Positions 12,016-26,444 of a DNA stretch of 64,000 nt are shown in pieces. The notes under the pieces are model-generated. The model did no database searches and had not been told where the DNA came from. It saw only the letters and a program-made list of their open reading frames with translations. The stretch is from Lingula anatina. Lineage: Eukaryota > Animalia > Brachiopoda. The stretch spans positions 2,046,001 through 2,110,000 of the forward strand of contig CM120643.1 in NCBI GenBank assembly GCA_051362555.1, in the 5' to 3' direction. Each line of letters opens with the position of its first letter. Position 1 is the first letter of the stretch. Both the position numbers and the translations under genes were made by a program.

Positions 12016-15000
12016 TTTGCCGAAATCTCGGAACATTCTATCAAATTCGAGATTTTATGTATTATACGTGTCAAATGAAATGCTGCATTAATGAAAAATT
12101 AGGATTCAATTTTCATTTAAACCCAGCAACTGGTATCATTATAGTCTTCTTAAAGCAATGTCTTATTTTAAAGTATGACGTGCCTATAAATATCCTAGAA
12201 ATTCTTATCGTCTCTCATACTTCCATAATGATCCCCTTTCCTTGACAAGTGAACATATTTTTTCGATGTCAATTGCCTTTTTTCATTTATTTATACAACT
12301 GTACCTTCTATATGACTATTTCTCACGACGATCTTACCAAATTTGCAGTACCCCTGCTTTGAATTCGGCTTGGATAATCCTCATAGAAGTTATAGAAGTC
12401 ATAGAAGTTATCTGTTACCGCCTTAAGCTGTTGGTGGTGAGGAGAAATTTATCTGTACTGGAGAAACATCTCTTGTATTTGAACTTTGCTGATGAGTTTG
12501 ACTGAATGTCCTCGTATAGGGGCCATACCAAAACACAATTTCGAACTCAATCATGTTCTTACATGTATGACCCAACTTGCAAAGGCATTTACTATCTTGC
12601 TTCACTTCGTCGTGTCACGTTGGCATCACTAGTTATAACTTCAAAATTTAAATTATATTTAATCTCGTTTTCAACCACATTTTCTTTGCCTTACCTCCAG
12701 TGAGCTTTTTTTATTTTCAATCCACATTTTAGTCTCCTGGTCGACACCAGCATCTTCATCTATTACTCTCCTATCCAGCTCACTGTCATTATTAATGCTC
12801 AATCTCGTCGACAAGTAAGTACATATTTATCCAGCAAAAATTACCATAACTTCATTGTTTTACCTGAAACTTTATACATGATAGGTACATGGGGACGTCA
12901 TTATTTCTGTAATTTATGTAATTGTCAATGCCCTTTTCAACATCAAATGTTAGTTCCACATTCCCTTAGCGTCAGTATTATCATCGGCGGTCATAACTTT
13001 AGATGTTGATATAACTGGGCTCAACCTGGCATTTCTATCATCTAAGATCGCTTGTCAAAATCTCAATAAACAAAATGTTAAAATGAGGCCAAATTAGCTC
13101 GTTTCTGCTTAGTCTTTCTACATCTGTTTTTCTCCCACTTGATTCTGACGTGATCTCTGGTATGGAAGTCACGTCAAACTTGCTCTGCCTCGATATCCTT
13201 GTGGTCATTTAGCATTTTATATCATGAATATTTCCTCTGTTATTGCAAAGAACTCTTCGCTGTAGATGAAATGGAACAGATCAGTACAGTGATGCAATAC
13301 GCCATATGAGCAACCTGTTACTGGGTTAACCTATTTGTGGTCAGTGAGAAAATTCCTCAGCAGCTACGTGCTGCTGTAATATGCTGCTCTTATATCGTAT
13401 GATATATAATATTTGTGAAGCAGGTACCAGTTTCTTCTCGTGGTAAATTCTGCAAATGTTTCACTGGACATTCAGATAATTTTGAAAGATGTAATATATA
13501 AAAATATTTTCTTAAACGGACTTACCTGTACCAATAAACTTAGATTTTTACAGAAATGCTGAACATCAGAATGTAGCAACTTTCCCTGAATAATTTAGCA
13601 AGCTGTGTTTGCGGTCACTATTACACAATAATACATAAGAATGTCATAAATTGCGCCATAGCTGTATAATTTCTCAGACAAGTCATACATACTAGCCTTG
13701 TTTCCCTGAATTGCATGGTGTTAGGCACAAATACATGTACATACTGAACGTGGGACAACCTCACCATAGTAAAAAAAAAAAAAAAAATTAAACTCCTTAC
13801 TTTCAGTTAATCTGTGCCTGTTTAAATGAGGAGCATTGTATAATGAACTTGGGGGGGGGGGGGTAAATTATATTCGGTTGAGCGAAGTAAATTAAATTAA
13901 AATGGACTTATTTTCTCCTGGAAGGGAGGTGACATTGTTCATTGTGCTAGTCGTGCTATTTGTGCATTCAAACCGAAAAACAGGTTGAACTAACGGGGCC
14001 CCCATGTCACATAGAACTTTTTTTCATACAGGTGATGCAATTCCTTTGTCACCCCTCTGTAGCTTTGATTAAATTAAATGATTTAATCAATAAATGGTTA
14101 AATACTCATTAATTTTGTCACCCCTCCGTACTTACTCTTGGATCTGTTTATTGATTCTGCATTTGAAAAACTGATCCGTTTTCATGCCAATAATTTTTTT
14201 TTTGGTTTTAGTGACATTTATCCATTAATTCTTATGGTAAACAAGGTGTTTATGGGTAATTTGTTCAGGTAAATATAGTATTGTGGATTTGTTTTATCTA
14301 ACGTGATTCTGTGAGGTAGTTTAATTAAATGCAGACTGGATTATGATATGATATGATAGAGGAAATGACGTTCCACATGATCCTGATTTGACAATTTTGA
14401 ATGCATTGAGTATTTGTCTGTATTCAGATCGAAACATTTTCTTCTCATACGCGTACATTTATGGGGTCTTAAACAGTTCCATCGTTACTGAATAAATAGT
14501 AAAAAGAAGAGATTGTTGGCGTTCTTTTTTGTTAATTAATCTTAAGAAAACAGTAAACGCGGTGGCTAAACTGAGAGAGAGAGAGAGAATAATCGCCAGA
14601 AAGTTCTAAATTCGAAGAGACAACGAGTGAGTGAACTGCGGATCAGAGGTTGAGGCAATAATGCCGCCTGCGGTATACGGAGGTATTCACTGGAGGGATC
14701 CAAGGAGAAAGAAGCGACAGAGTTAAAGGGTCAAGGGGATAAAAATGATTTCGCTTGTGCCACTTGTGGTTTATTCACTGGGGGTTACGGTGGAGGGGGG
14801 GAAGTAGCAGCAGTGGGAAAAATTTGGGAGAAGCCACCCGTGCCAATAATACAGCCAGCAGGCAGCACAACTGCAAAATAATCGTTGGTTTATTTTACGC
14901 GAAATTTAGATTTGATTGTTGCCGTAAGTGTGCTGCTATTTTTCAAAGGTTATTGCAGATTTAGATTGTGTTTACTAAGTCTCATCTAACGCAATGACCG

Positions 15001-16060
15001 CCGCATCGCGTATACCACCATTTGTGTCAAGACTCCCCAAACGCAACTGTTTCAATTAATTTTCAGTATTTTTATTTTGTGTGTCATCGTTCTTCTGTAC
15101 CAGTATTATTCATGCAGAAGAACGAAAGTACGGAGGGGAAACGAGGGGTGGGCGGTGACGGATAGTACCCCTACTCCCAGTGACGATGTACTGAAAGCCC
15201 AGTCTGGTTTATATGCATATGGTGAGGAGTGACGTGTTATGCTGACTGTTTGCAGCCAACAAGCATTTATTTATTTTTTCTTAATTACGCCCATCACAAA
15301 AGAATAACTTGTTGAAGGCATTCGGGAAGCATGGGAAAATATTGACGCAATTAAATTAAAAAAATACATAAAACAAAAGAAGAAGGTTATTCCAGGAGTG
15401 ATCGAGAGGGAAGAGAATGCGTCCGTTTAATCAACAGCCACCTCATTTTGTAAAAACAATTTGAGACATTGCTATTTACTTCATGTATTAACTGTTTTAA
15501 AATTATTTCTTTTAACTATGTAGGTCTTGATCGAGACATTTTAAAATGACTCAACTGAATGTTAAATAAAGAGGGTCTACATTTTTTTATTATTATTATT
15601 ATTTGTTCCTCAGCGTTTTATTTTCGTATTCAATCTGCCCCTTCACTGCGGCTGACACAACTTAATTTTTAACCCGTTATTATTTGCTCGTGTCCATAGC
15701 AATATATTTGCATTAACGATAAAGAAAACTGGTATGGGGTCATTTAGAAGGAGCAGTGTGAGTTTGTTGGACCGACAAATTTGGGTGTCCTTCGAGCATT
15801 ACTTCCCACTTCTCCTACCCTGCATTTACCGTGCAAGCTATATTGTCCGAACCGTCGACACAGGGCAAGAAGTCCCTGCGGCATTTTGGTAAGGGTATAT
15901 TTCAGCGGCCCTATAGCTATCAGCTACTCCGCCCTTTTTTTTCAAGAATGATTTCTCCCAGGCTCTTTTGGCAACGTTAACAGTTAATAATATGAGTTGC
16001 AGCGGATTAAAAACAAAACGCTTTGTTCTTCTGTAAACCGCGGCGTAATAAAATGCAATC

Positions 16061-16109
<49 letters not shown>

Positions 16110-16546
16110 ACGTCGTCAGTAGACCAAATGTACATGTGTCACGGATAATAGATTGATCTGTTTCCTTGGCCAATAATATGAGTTCCTTGGCACTGAAAAC
16201 ATTACATTTAAGTGATGTATCTATCTTTCCCTTCAAGTTATCTATATATGGATATACAGTTATTACACTGCAAATGGCGCATGATGGGCTGAAACTTTTT
16301 TACCTCGCAGATTCATTAAAAAAAATATCACGTGTGAATGCAGTATTACTTTTTTGTTTTTAGGGATAAGTAAGTCACACTATTCTATCGACACTACTTC
16401 ATTTTACATTTTTTCTGGAAATACTGAGAAGGAACATGTAACGCACAGCTCCAAATTGCGATTCACTGGCAAAATGTAACTACGTGACATTCCCCGGTCA
16501 CTAGAGCGTTTTTTTACAATGTCAGTTGTCTCTTGTAGTATTTTTT

Positions 16547-19500
16547 TAAAAGGCCTGTATTATTCAGAAAAGTTTATTATTCTTTAGAGCAGTCAGTACA
16601 AACAAGGATTGAGCTAAATAGTCTTCTATTAAAGACTGGTTTTTGTCGGCTTACTTAACGTCGTTATATACTCAAGTCCAAAAAAAAAAAGAGAAAAAAA
16701 CAACCTTTCACTATTTACCTTATTCGAATTTAATTTAAATTAAAAGATTTAAAGCGAGCACATTAATTGCAGCATCTGATGGTAGTAAATGTTTATTCTC
16801 TGTTTATGTTTTTAAAGTTGACTTCATGGGGAATCTCTGGAGAATGAGGATAATACACTGGTATATATATTTTTTTATCCAGGTAATATGCATGTGGTAA
16901 CATCTACCCCTACATCAGGTTCAAGGCCAACATAGAGCCAGAGCCAAAGTAAGTACCTGACACCCAGAATCCAAACACACAATATCTGTTTATTTTACCA
17001 TGTTCAGTACACCTTGCCATCATGAATATCAATCTAATGCATGTTAGTACTTGGAACAATGCCATTTTATTATAAAGTTTAACACTGCCATGGCAGCTAG
17101 TCCTAGAATTGTGACAAGCACAGGATATCAGTACTTATTGTGGGGAACATTATATAGTAAATTGGATTTTGAAACAAATAATTTTGATAACCATGCTCTA
17201 TTCAGTGCTCTTATGTCTGGCGTAGACATTACAGGAAGTGGGTACTATTAATTTCACAAAAAAAATGCATTGAAGTCTTTCAAATAGTCAATGTTTTGTT
17301 TTTAGGTATACTAAGCAACAAAGCAAGCACTCAAAATCATGGATGACAGTAAGACCTCAAGCTGTTACATAAACAATTAGCACAAATAAAGATACATTCC
17401 AGTCTTACAAACCAGGAATTTGACATGGGAATTACAAGTACACATTTCTAAGCAACCATGGTGCAGATGGAACCAAGAGACTCAAGGCACCATGGTCCTT
17501 ATATGTATATAAGAATTTTTTTTTATCAAAATGATGATTACCTCACATAAACTTTTCTTTTATAAATCCATCCAGACATACATTATTTCCTTGTATGACA
17601 TTAACTTTTAAAATGATTGATTTTATGAACAGATTGTGTACAGAGTTGCATTTTACTTTTGATATGAGAAAGGGATAAATGAAAGCACCTTGTTTTTCTA
17701 TGCCTTTATTTTTTATGTTCACTGAATGGTTGCACAAATTACAGTAGAATGAAAAGAATCCTTCTACTCAGTGATTTGCATATTACAGGTCTTATGAATG
17801 TTTGGTCAGTAAACTGATACTCATGGTTATAGTTATTCTGTGATTTTCTTCAAAGTGAAGTAATCCAGCAAATTCAACGGCAGTCAAAATGTAGGGGACA
17901 TTACAGTGAGTGGGAGATGGGCCAGTCCCATCTCCACTGATGCTGAGTCATTGCTTGGTAAATTCTCTAGCAAAAGCATCTTTATATCCAGTGCAAGGCC
18001 AGGATTTCCATCACACTTGTCACAATGTATTCAGCACTTGCCTTGGCAACACCATCATTTTCTTGGCAACACCATCATGTATGCTCTGATAATGAAAAAA
18101 AATATATTCACTTTTATATCTGTCATTTCTGTTTTGATATGTACAATAGCTTACTTCAAAAATAAAATATTTGAAAATGTATGAACACTAAAACAACCAT
18201 AAGGACTGGATTTCACACCACCAAATTTTATCGAATAAATTTACTTTGAAAATAAGAAGGGATATGAATGGTGTTTGTGTATTGTGAGAAACTTAGAATT
18301 TATCTTTTCAATAAAGATTTAATGAGTTTTATACCTCTTCTGTGAGTTACTGAATTCTCCTTTCATGTTCTTGAGTCAATACTCCTGATCTCACACCTCT
18401 TCCAAGCCTTGTACTACTGGACCTAGAAGTGCTATGTATCACTGCCAACTCTACTAAACCTTTATACAGGGCTTTTTTTCTAATGAGGCTGACATCACAA
18501 GATAGTATGCTGTAAAATAATAATAAAACTAATAATAATAATAATTGGCACTGATTCAATTGCATGCTAGTAATAATGTTGTGAACTGTTCAAAATGGGT
18601 TTCACTTCAATTAATCATTGTCCTGCACTCAAGCGCATCAATTGTTATCCCTAAACTATAAGTTTTTTGTATGTGTGGATTATTACATGTGAATATAGGT
18701 GAGGGTAAGGTGGGTCCTACACATTACTATCAAAACTAAGGAATATGCCAGATTAACTAAAAGGCCTGTATTATTTAAAAATAACAGAAAACTCTTTACC
18801 TCAGGGAGCTCTTTACCCTCTAGTTCTGGACTGCTCTGACTGCTTGCCTCATCAACAATAGGCCTACTCTCGATCTGAAAATTATAAAAACAGATCGACT
18901 AGAAAAGCAAGATAAGATACGTGTGTGCGTAGCACAAAATTCAGGCACTCCTATTGACGATTTTGACATCTGCACGATGCTCACCACTACTGCCAGTAAG
19001 TATCAAAATCGTCTGGAACGCATTTGTAGTCCGTGCTACGCTGTGCGTGCAAATCGCGATGTCAAAATTGCGGCTCAGAAAGCATAGCAAACAACAAAAA
19101 AAGTAACAGTCGTTCATAAATATCCAACCGAAAAGGGCTGTTTCAGTTGACCCGAAAAATATCACTGTCTCTAATCATGTCATCGGTATATTTCCTGATA
19201 CAAGTCACTCATTCGGTGAATCGGCATTGAGAATTACGGCATCAAGCACTGTTGACATAATAGGCTACACTCCGTCGTAAATATTTCCAAGCCATTCGTT
19301 GATTTTTGGACTATTTTAACCGACGAGAGGTTAAATGAATTCTTTAAATGTTTAAGTGCACAAACCTGTTCACGAACAATGAAGGGAGAGAGTTTTAACT
19401 AACGTGCATCTGTAAACGACTTACTTCGAACTCCGCCGCGCCATATTTGTTTCTCCTAGTGTACGAGTGCTATTTTAGGCAACGCACTCTGATTGGCTAA

Positions 19501-19689
19501 AACCTTGCGGTAGTCGTCTTCTCTTTTTTTGGGGAGAGGACGTTCTCCAATACAGACTCGAATGTGAAATAATTAATTATTTTGATTGCCGTCTACCTCA
19601 AAGGCGAATTTTGGTTTAGATCGTGACCTTCATATATAAGAAAAAGTTTGGGATATGCTTTATTTTCCCTCATATCGGAAAGACCCCCT
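16547..19689 (-). mobile_element. Truncated Kolobok-like DNA transposon with degenerate spliced gene remnants
   Basis: On the minus strand the terminus reads TTAA|AGGGGGTCTTTCC, at a TTAA of the local repeat. Exon-like segments have canonical splice sites (ATG exon 19425-19444; open 75-nt exon 18800-18874). The second terminus was not found. Confidence 0.35.
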
Positions 19690-21206
19690 TTAATGAAGCG
19701 TTTGAGTCAGCTGACAGCATCTCTTTGCCGCAAACGTTGAACATAAAACATTAAATGCCAAATTAATTCGAGATTTTATGTATCATACTTGTCAAATGAA
19801 ATGCTGTATTTATGAAAAATCAGGATTTAAGTTTCATTAAAACACTGTAACTGGTATCATTATAGTGTTTTAAAACCAATATAATATTTTAAAATATAAC
19901 GTGCCTATAGATATACAGAAATACTTATCGTTTCTCATACTTCCATAATGATCCTATTTCCTCGACCAGTGAACCTATTTTTTCGATGTCAATTGCAATT
20001 GCCTCTTTTCTTTTAGTTACACGTGTACAACTGTACCTTCTATATGACTAATTCTTACGACAATCTCACCAAATATGCAGTACGCCCTGCTTTGAAGTCG
20101 GTTTGGATAACCCTTATTTATTCCCTCGTAATCATTTGTCTCTTCCAAAATATATTAATAAAATAAAAAAATACAGGCCGAAGAACTTTCATCCAGTTAG
20201 TTTACGGTCAACTTGCCCCCCCTCCCCTCCGGCAGTCAGCGAGTAACAACATCTATTCACAACAATTTGATGAAGGCCTACGTCCAGGTTGGTCGTTAGC
20301 TAACGATATGAAAATTTTCTGACTTTAAGTTTTTATACTTCCACTTTATACTTAATCGGGCCTGATTGTTTTGAATTGTCACCAATCCCATACTTGTTCA
20401 AGGAGTTCTATCGTGATGTGTGAGCTTTACAAAGTCGCGTGTTGCTAGTTTCTTATTTGCCCTGGCGTACGCAGTTTTCCCCATCCCCATTCACTCCGCT
20501 ATGATTCATGTGTAGCAAAATCTGTTTTCAACTACTATATGTTGTTTAGGAGCTGAGGTAAAATATGACGGAAAATAGCAAAGACGTTGCATATTTTATG
20601 AAGTGATTGAGCCAGAAAGCTTTCATTTGCGATTGTCGTCGAACATAAAGCCCTCAAAGGCCAGATAATTAATTCATTTTCCTACGTTCTATCTAATCTA
20701 ACTTTTATATTTTCAAATACAATTAAAATCACAACGTTGTTTAAAATCAAGTCATAGAAGTTATCTATCATAGAAGCTGTTGGTGGTGAGTAGAAATTTA
20801 TCTGAACTGGAGAAACAACTCTTGTATTTGAACTTTGCTAATGAGTTTGACTGAAAACTGTATTTTTTTTTTCATCTCGTCCTTTCATCAAAATTCGTCA
20901 CGCGTAAATGCAGATTTACTTTTGCTGATTTTAAGGGAAAAGTAAGTCACACCTTCGATTTACTTTTTCTTTTTTTGGAAACGATGTGTAGGAAAATGCA
21001 ACAGCTCCGAATTATTCAGCAAGCTGAGTAGATTGGGTTTGGGGACAATGCGTGTAGTAGGAATACTTCAAAAATCCATAAATTACGCCATAATGCAAGG
21101 TGAACAGATTGCTTTAGTATCAAATATTACTCAATATACATCAAGTAACATAAATTGCGTCATATTATTAGAATGTACCCTTCACTCTTTTATGTACTGA
21201 ATTTAA

Positions 21207-21546
21207 AGGGATAATAACTCTTCATTTTGGTCAAAAAAATAAATTTTCCTGGGGTAAACATCAATGTCCCCATACTAACCAGTGGTTAATAAATCCATTT
21301 TTACATTCAACGTTAGTCCCTGTTTTTTTTTTTTCCTAAAAATTTGTTTTTGTTAAAATCTCTTAAGAGATTATAACAGAGTACAGCCGTCAATGGAAGT
21401 CAAGTGATCTGAAGACAAGCTCAGATATCAGAATTATAGCTATAACTGCTGTTTTTGTGGTTAAACAGAATAAATTATATTTCTATGAGTTGTTCACAAT
21501 GTTTTTATTGTGAAATAAAGATATCTTACGAAGAGTTAGTATCCCT
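21207..21546. mobile_element. Non-autonomous Kolobok-type MITE, copy 1
   Basis: TIRs AGGGATAATAACTCTTC / GAAGAGTTAGTATCCCT flanked by TTAA on both sides. An empty homologous site is present in the inverted duplicate near 48190-48205. Confidence 0.8.
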
Positions 21547-22227
21547 TTAACAGATTAAAAATCATTCCCATGGACGCATGTAGGACACATAGGTAAAATT
21601 GACTTTAATTCCAGATAGCTTTTACCCCCTTTCCCCCTGCTGGTGGGGGTCGGGCAAGTCTTCTCTCCCTTCTAAACTGATAGGCCGAAACTGAAGCTTC
21701 TTGACGATACACACATAATCAGTAAGATTTAAACTAAAAATGACGTGGTCAGTGCAGGTAATGGCATTCTTTTCCGTGTCATTTCCTTAACTTCTACTAG
21801 CTTTCACCCTGCGAAATATCATCAAAAGTAGAAAGCATACCCAGTAGGAGAAAATCAATATAGTGCAATAACAATCACTTGCTTATGGATAATAATAGTT
21901 GCATTTTGGCAGATTATTGATAAAGTTTTGTAGAAACCCTATTTCATTTATCACTGAAATAGTTTTATAAGCAGATTGATACTTTGAAATATGAGCCTGA
22001 AAGGATGAATATTTACAATTATTGTCCATTGGTCCATTGGATAATGGTCCAATGACAAAATGTAATAATGTGACATTCCGCAGTCACTGCATGAAGCTGC
22101 AGTTTGCGATGGCAGTTACCACTTTTACTATTTATTTAGTTTTTATGTGACTATTTCAAATTTTTTTGATTATGTTTCACCAGAATCATAACCCTCTTAA
22201 ACCCCTCTATTTGAACCAACCAACCAA

Positions 22228-22245
22228 TATCTATCTATCTATCTG

Positions 22246-22284
<39 letters not shown>
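22228..22284. repeat. (CTAT)n microsatellite
   Basis: Read directly from the sequence. Confidence 0.9.
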
Positions 22285-22285
<1 letters not shown>

Positions 22286-22364
22286 AACAAGTATGCATTT
22301 ATTTATTAACGTGACATGTGACATAGATATACATAACACCCGGCCTCGTGGGCCTACAAACTGC

Positions 22365-22962
22365 CAGTATGACTGAGGTAGTCAGTTATACGATGGTGGA
22401 GTCAGTATCAGATGTCACATTGACAGTATGACTGGGGCAGTCAGTTATTTGAAGGTGGAGTTAGGATCAGGTGTCATACTGACAGTATGACTGGGGCAGT
22501 CAGTTATTTGAAGGTGGAGTCAGGATCAGGTGTCATACTGACAGTATGACTGGGGCAGTCAGTTATTTGAAGGTGGAGGCAGGATCAGATGTCATACTGA
22601 CAGTATGACTGGGGCAGTCAGTTATTTGAAGGTGGAGTCAGTATCAGATGTCATACTGACAGTATGACTGGGGCAGTCAGTTATTTGAAGGTGGAGGCAG
22701 GATCAGGTGTCATACTGACAGTATGACTGGGGCAGTCAGTTATTTGAAGGTGGAGTCAGGATCAGGTGTCATACTGACAGTATGACTGGGGCAGTCAGTT
22801 ATTTGAAGGTGGAGTCAGGATCAGATGTCACATTGACAGTATGACTGGGGCAGTCAGTTATTTGAAGGTGGAGTCAGGATCAGATGTCATACTGACAGTA
22901 TGACTGGGGCAGTCAGTTATTTGAAGGTGGAGTCAGGATCAGATGTCACATTGACAGTATGA
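22365..22962. repeat. 59-bp minisatellite, ~10 copies
   Basis: Unit GACAGTATGACTGGGGCAGTCAGTTATTTGAAGGTGGAGTCAGGATCAGGTGTCATACT, head to tail with no unique spacers. Confidence 0.95.
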
Positions 22963-23316
22963 TATCTAATATTAATAATCTGCTACTCACATCCACAATT
23001 TACACGATGATATGTTTCCTATTTGTTATGTAATAGTAAAACTACCTTTATGGGCACCCTTGTAGCAATGTGCATAATTGTGGAAGGGGTGACTCTTTTT
23101 GGTAGAGCTGTATACATTTTAAGTATCATGTTTGCAAACACTCCTGCTTTTTTTGTTTCGATTTCTGCCCAATTCTATATTTGCGCTTATTGGCCAGGCA
23201 AATTACCACGCAATCTTTGAGCCCAGGAAAATACGAAAAAAGAAGGAAAAACGCAAAAAAAAAAAAAAACGAAAAAAAAAAAGCGGAAAAAAGGGGCCTC
23301 CGTAACGTAGGAAATT

Positions 23317-24253
23317 CCACGCTCGGCTGTCACCTTGATTGGATAGTAAACGGTTGTCGTAAAATCGCTAAAAGATATTAAAACCCGGTGCATAAACTTG
23401 AAAACCACCTAGGACAACCTCAGACTGCCACATTAATCCAATACAATGCAAAAATAAACAATAACAAGTGGTTAAAGCCTTTAAACCGAATGTCGTAAAG
23501 TCCCCATATACCTCCATAGAGACAATAAAATAGAAGAAGCTTGTGAAACAAGAAAAATCCAGTTCCAACATAATAATCGAAATAAAATACTGCTGGGCAT
23601 CGGAGCGGCCTAAAACTTGGCACGCTTACCGCTAATACTGCAGGCTACATCATCCCGTCGCTCGTTTGTAAATTCCGTGCATGGCATACGCACAATCAAA
23701 CCGTATATCCAAATTCCACCTCTGATGTTTGAATTGGTCCTCTCTAACCTACCATTACGAAAAAGTAGCCATGCCATTGGACAATGCGACCTCTGCGGTT
23801 ACGTCATTTCCTGAATTGGATTGTAGAGGGGACCAATTCAAACATCAGAGGTGGAATTTGGATATACGGTTTGATTGTGCGTATGCCATGCACGGAATTT
23901 ACAAACGAGCGACGGGATGATGTAGCCTGCAGTATTAGCGGTAAGCGTGCCAAGTTTTAGGCCGCTCCGATGCCCGGCAGTATTTTATTTCGATTATTAT
24001 GTTGGAACTGGATTTTTCTTGTTTCACAAGCTTCTTCTATTTTATTGTCTCTATGGAGGTATATGGGGACTTTACGACATTCGGTTTGAAGGCTTTAACC
24101 ACTTATTATAGTTTATTTTTGCGTTGTATTGGATTAATGTGGCAGTCTAAGGTTGTCCTAGGTGTTTTTCAAGTTTATGCACCGGGTTTAAATATCATTT
24201 AGCGATTTTACGACAACCGTTTACTATCCAATCAAGGTGACAGCCGAGCGTGG
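23317..24253. repeat. Long near-perfect inverted repeat (foldback element), ~430-bp arms and ~77-bp spacer
   Basis: Arm 23317-23746 is the reverse complement of 23824-24253. The ORF track shows mirror ORFs 23368-23571(-) and 23999-24202(+). Confidence 0.92.
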
Positions 24254-24424
24254 GAAATTCCATGAAAGTGGCCCTCAAGAAAAAAAAAAAGTACCCACAA
24301 TTGCACCCCGGGGCTCGATCCACCGGACGGGCCTTAATTGCTTAATGCGACCTTGACCTATGCAATAATGGGCATGACGTGCCGAAAAGAACGAAATTGA
24401 AAGGAAAAAAAGAAAAGAAATAAA

Positions 24425-24875
24425 TAAAAATGAAGCGCTAATAAAGCAAAGATACGAACGGTGATACAGTGTTGTTCTTGGGAGTGAAATGACTGCAATT
24501 TAAAGAAAATACAGTGGAAGTTTTAAAGTACAACTGGTGATTTTTTAAAGATTTTTTTAAATAAAAAAATGAGAAAAACCAAGTAAGAAATAAATGAAAA
24601 TGAAGCGCTATTAAAGGAAAAATGACGATACCCTGATACAGTGTTGTTCTTGTGTCTGAAACGATTGCAATTTAACGAAATTACAGTGGAAGTTTCAAGG
24701 TACAACAGGTGAGTATTTATTTTTAATAAAAATGAGAAAAAACAAATATATAATTGAAAATGAGGCGCTTATACAGTGTTGTTCTTGTGTCTAATGAAAT
24801 TACAGTGGAAGTTATGAGGAAAAACTGGTGATTTTCTCCTTTTTCTAAATAAAAAATGAGAAAAACCAGTGAAGA
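24425..24875. repeat. Degenerate tandem repeat, ~165-170 bp x3
   Basis: AAATGAAGCGCT..ATACAGTGTTGTTCTTG..TACAGTGGAAGTT..CTGGTGATTT recurs near 24428, 24598 and 24758. Confidence 0.7.
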
Positions 24876-26444
24876 AAAAAGACAATCATGACAAATAATA
24901 TATTTTTTGCGACATTTTGGTGTAGTTTGACTATTTGGTAAATGGGAAGACTTATAGTAAGTGACAATTTCAAGGTACTGCAGGCGTATTTGAAAAAATA
25001 ATAAGGCTGCATTCCCACATATTTTAGATCAATCTATCCCCGTGGGGAGTCTCTTTAGATTATAAATAGGTTTGAAATCTTTTTAAAAAGGCTCCTCACA
25101 CCAAAATAAATTAAATAATGATTAAATAAATTAAATAAGTAAGATATTTGAGTTTTAACAGCATTTGAAGTTTCCTGATTGGAGCAGAAACTTAAAATAA
25201 AAGCATATAGTTTTCAATTTTTTTTTTTGATCAAAAATTCTATTTAATTATACTAACGATCTTTCTGCAAAGCATTTCATTTAAAAAAGTATAATCCATT
25301 AACTGGAGGTGATTGAAATGAATATTTTTTTCATTTTTAAAAAGAAAATCTACTCATTGATATTATCCCTAATCCACATAAATTAAAATTGTTATATGTA
25401 AATAGTGAAAGGAAGAAGAGTAACAAACATCTTTCTTTTCCCCAAAACATCGTTTATTACAGTCAAATAAAGAACATGCTACAGTGGCATGCATGTACTT
25501 AATAAACAAACAAACAAAACTTTTTTAACTAGTAACTAAAAATAAAATTATTTTCATACAAAAAGAACAATGTACTTACACTAAAAAATTAACAAGTTTT
25601 ATGTACAGCATAACAGTACTGATAGGCCTCTATTAAAAAAATACATTCCACTATTTGAAAAACCAAATTGAAAATATCTAGCAAAAAGATTGACTTATGA
25701 AATAAAATATGTGAAAGAAATATAAGGTAAGTACATAAACATGTATTCTACAAACACAAAAGTTATTTTGTTCACTTTAAAAATAATTAAATTTATGCAG
25801 ATTTACAAATAACACTGCCAACTGATACACTGCCAACTGATACTATACTTGAAAAATACTACTGTAATTGGTATGTACTAAGATTATGTTATATATCCTA
25901 TAAATGCAATTAAAATTACAAGTTTTAACTAAGAAAATTACAATATCTTACAAAAAAAAAAAAAAAAAAAAAAAAAAAAACAGACTGAAACAAATGCTGC
26001 GAGCGGGCTGCCCAACCCCACTGCCTTTATGAATGGTGGGAATTGTATGGAAGGAAGTGGGAGGGGGGGGGGTAGGATTTTTCCATGCTCTGTCCAGCTG
26101 AAGTGGAGTTTACTCTCCGTTTTGCCGTTCTGCCTTCATCTGCAGGTAAGTCTACATTAAACATGTAACAATGCACAGATATGTACAATAAATAAATAAA
26201 CAAATTAATTAATTAATAACTAACTGATTGAGACTACAGAAAAATCAATCGACCTGATACCTCATTGACATTCTGTCACATATGACCACTGCAGGACAAT
26301 GTCTTTATGTGTTACAGACCAATTGTATGCTGTTTTCATTAAATAACTCTATAAAATTGGAGGTTATTTTAACATTGTTTTAAAAACTGGTTAACGGTAA
26401 TCGAAGATAATTTTACTAAGCTTTTCAGTTATACGCAGTGACCA

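Noticed and set aside
15838-16236. 132-aa poly-Lys ORF
   Set aside because: It is kept open by a poly-T homopolymer; no homology recognised.
22365-22962. CRISPR-like array with palindromic repeats
   Set aside because: No variable spacers; it is a plain minisatellite.
23368-24202. Pair of 67-aa hydrophobic ORFs on opposite strands
   Set aside because: They are mirror images produced by the palindrome, with no coding evidence.
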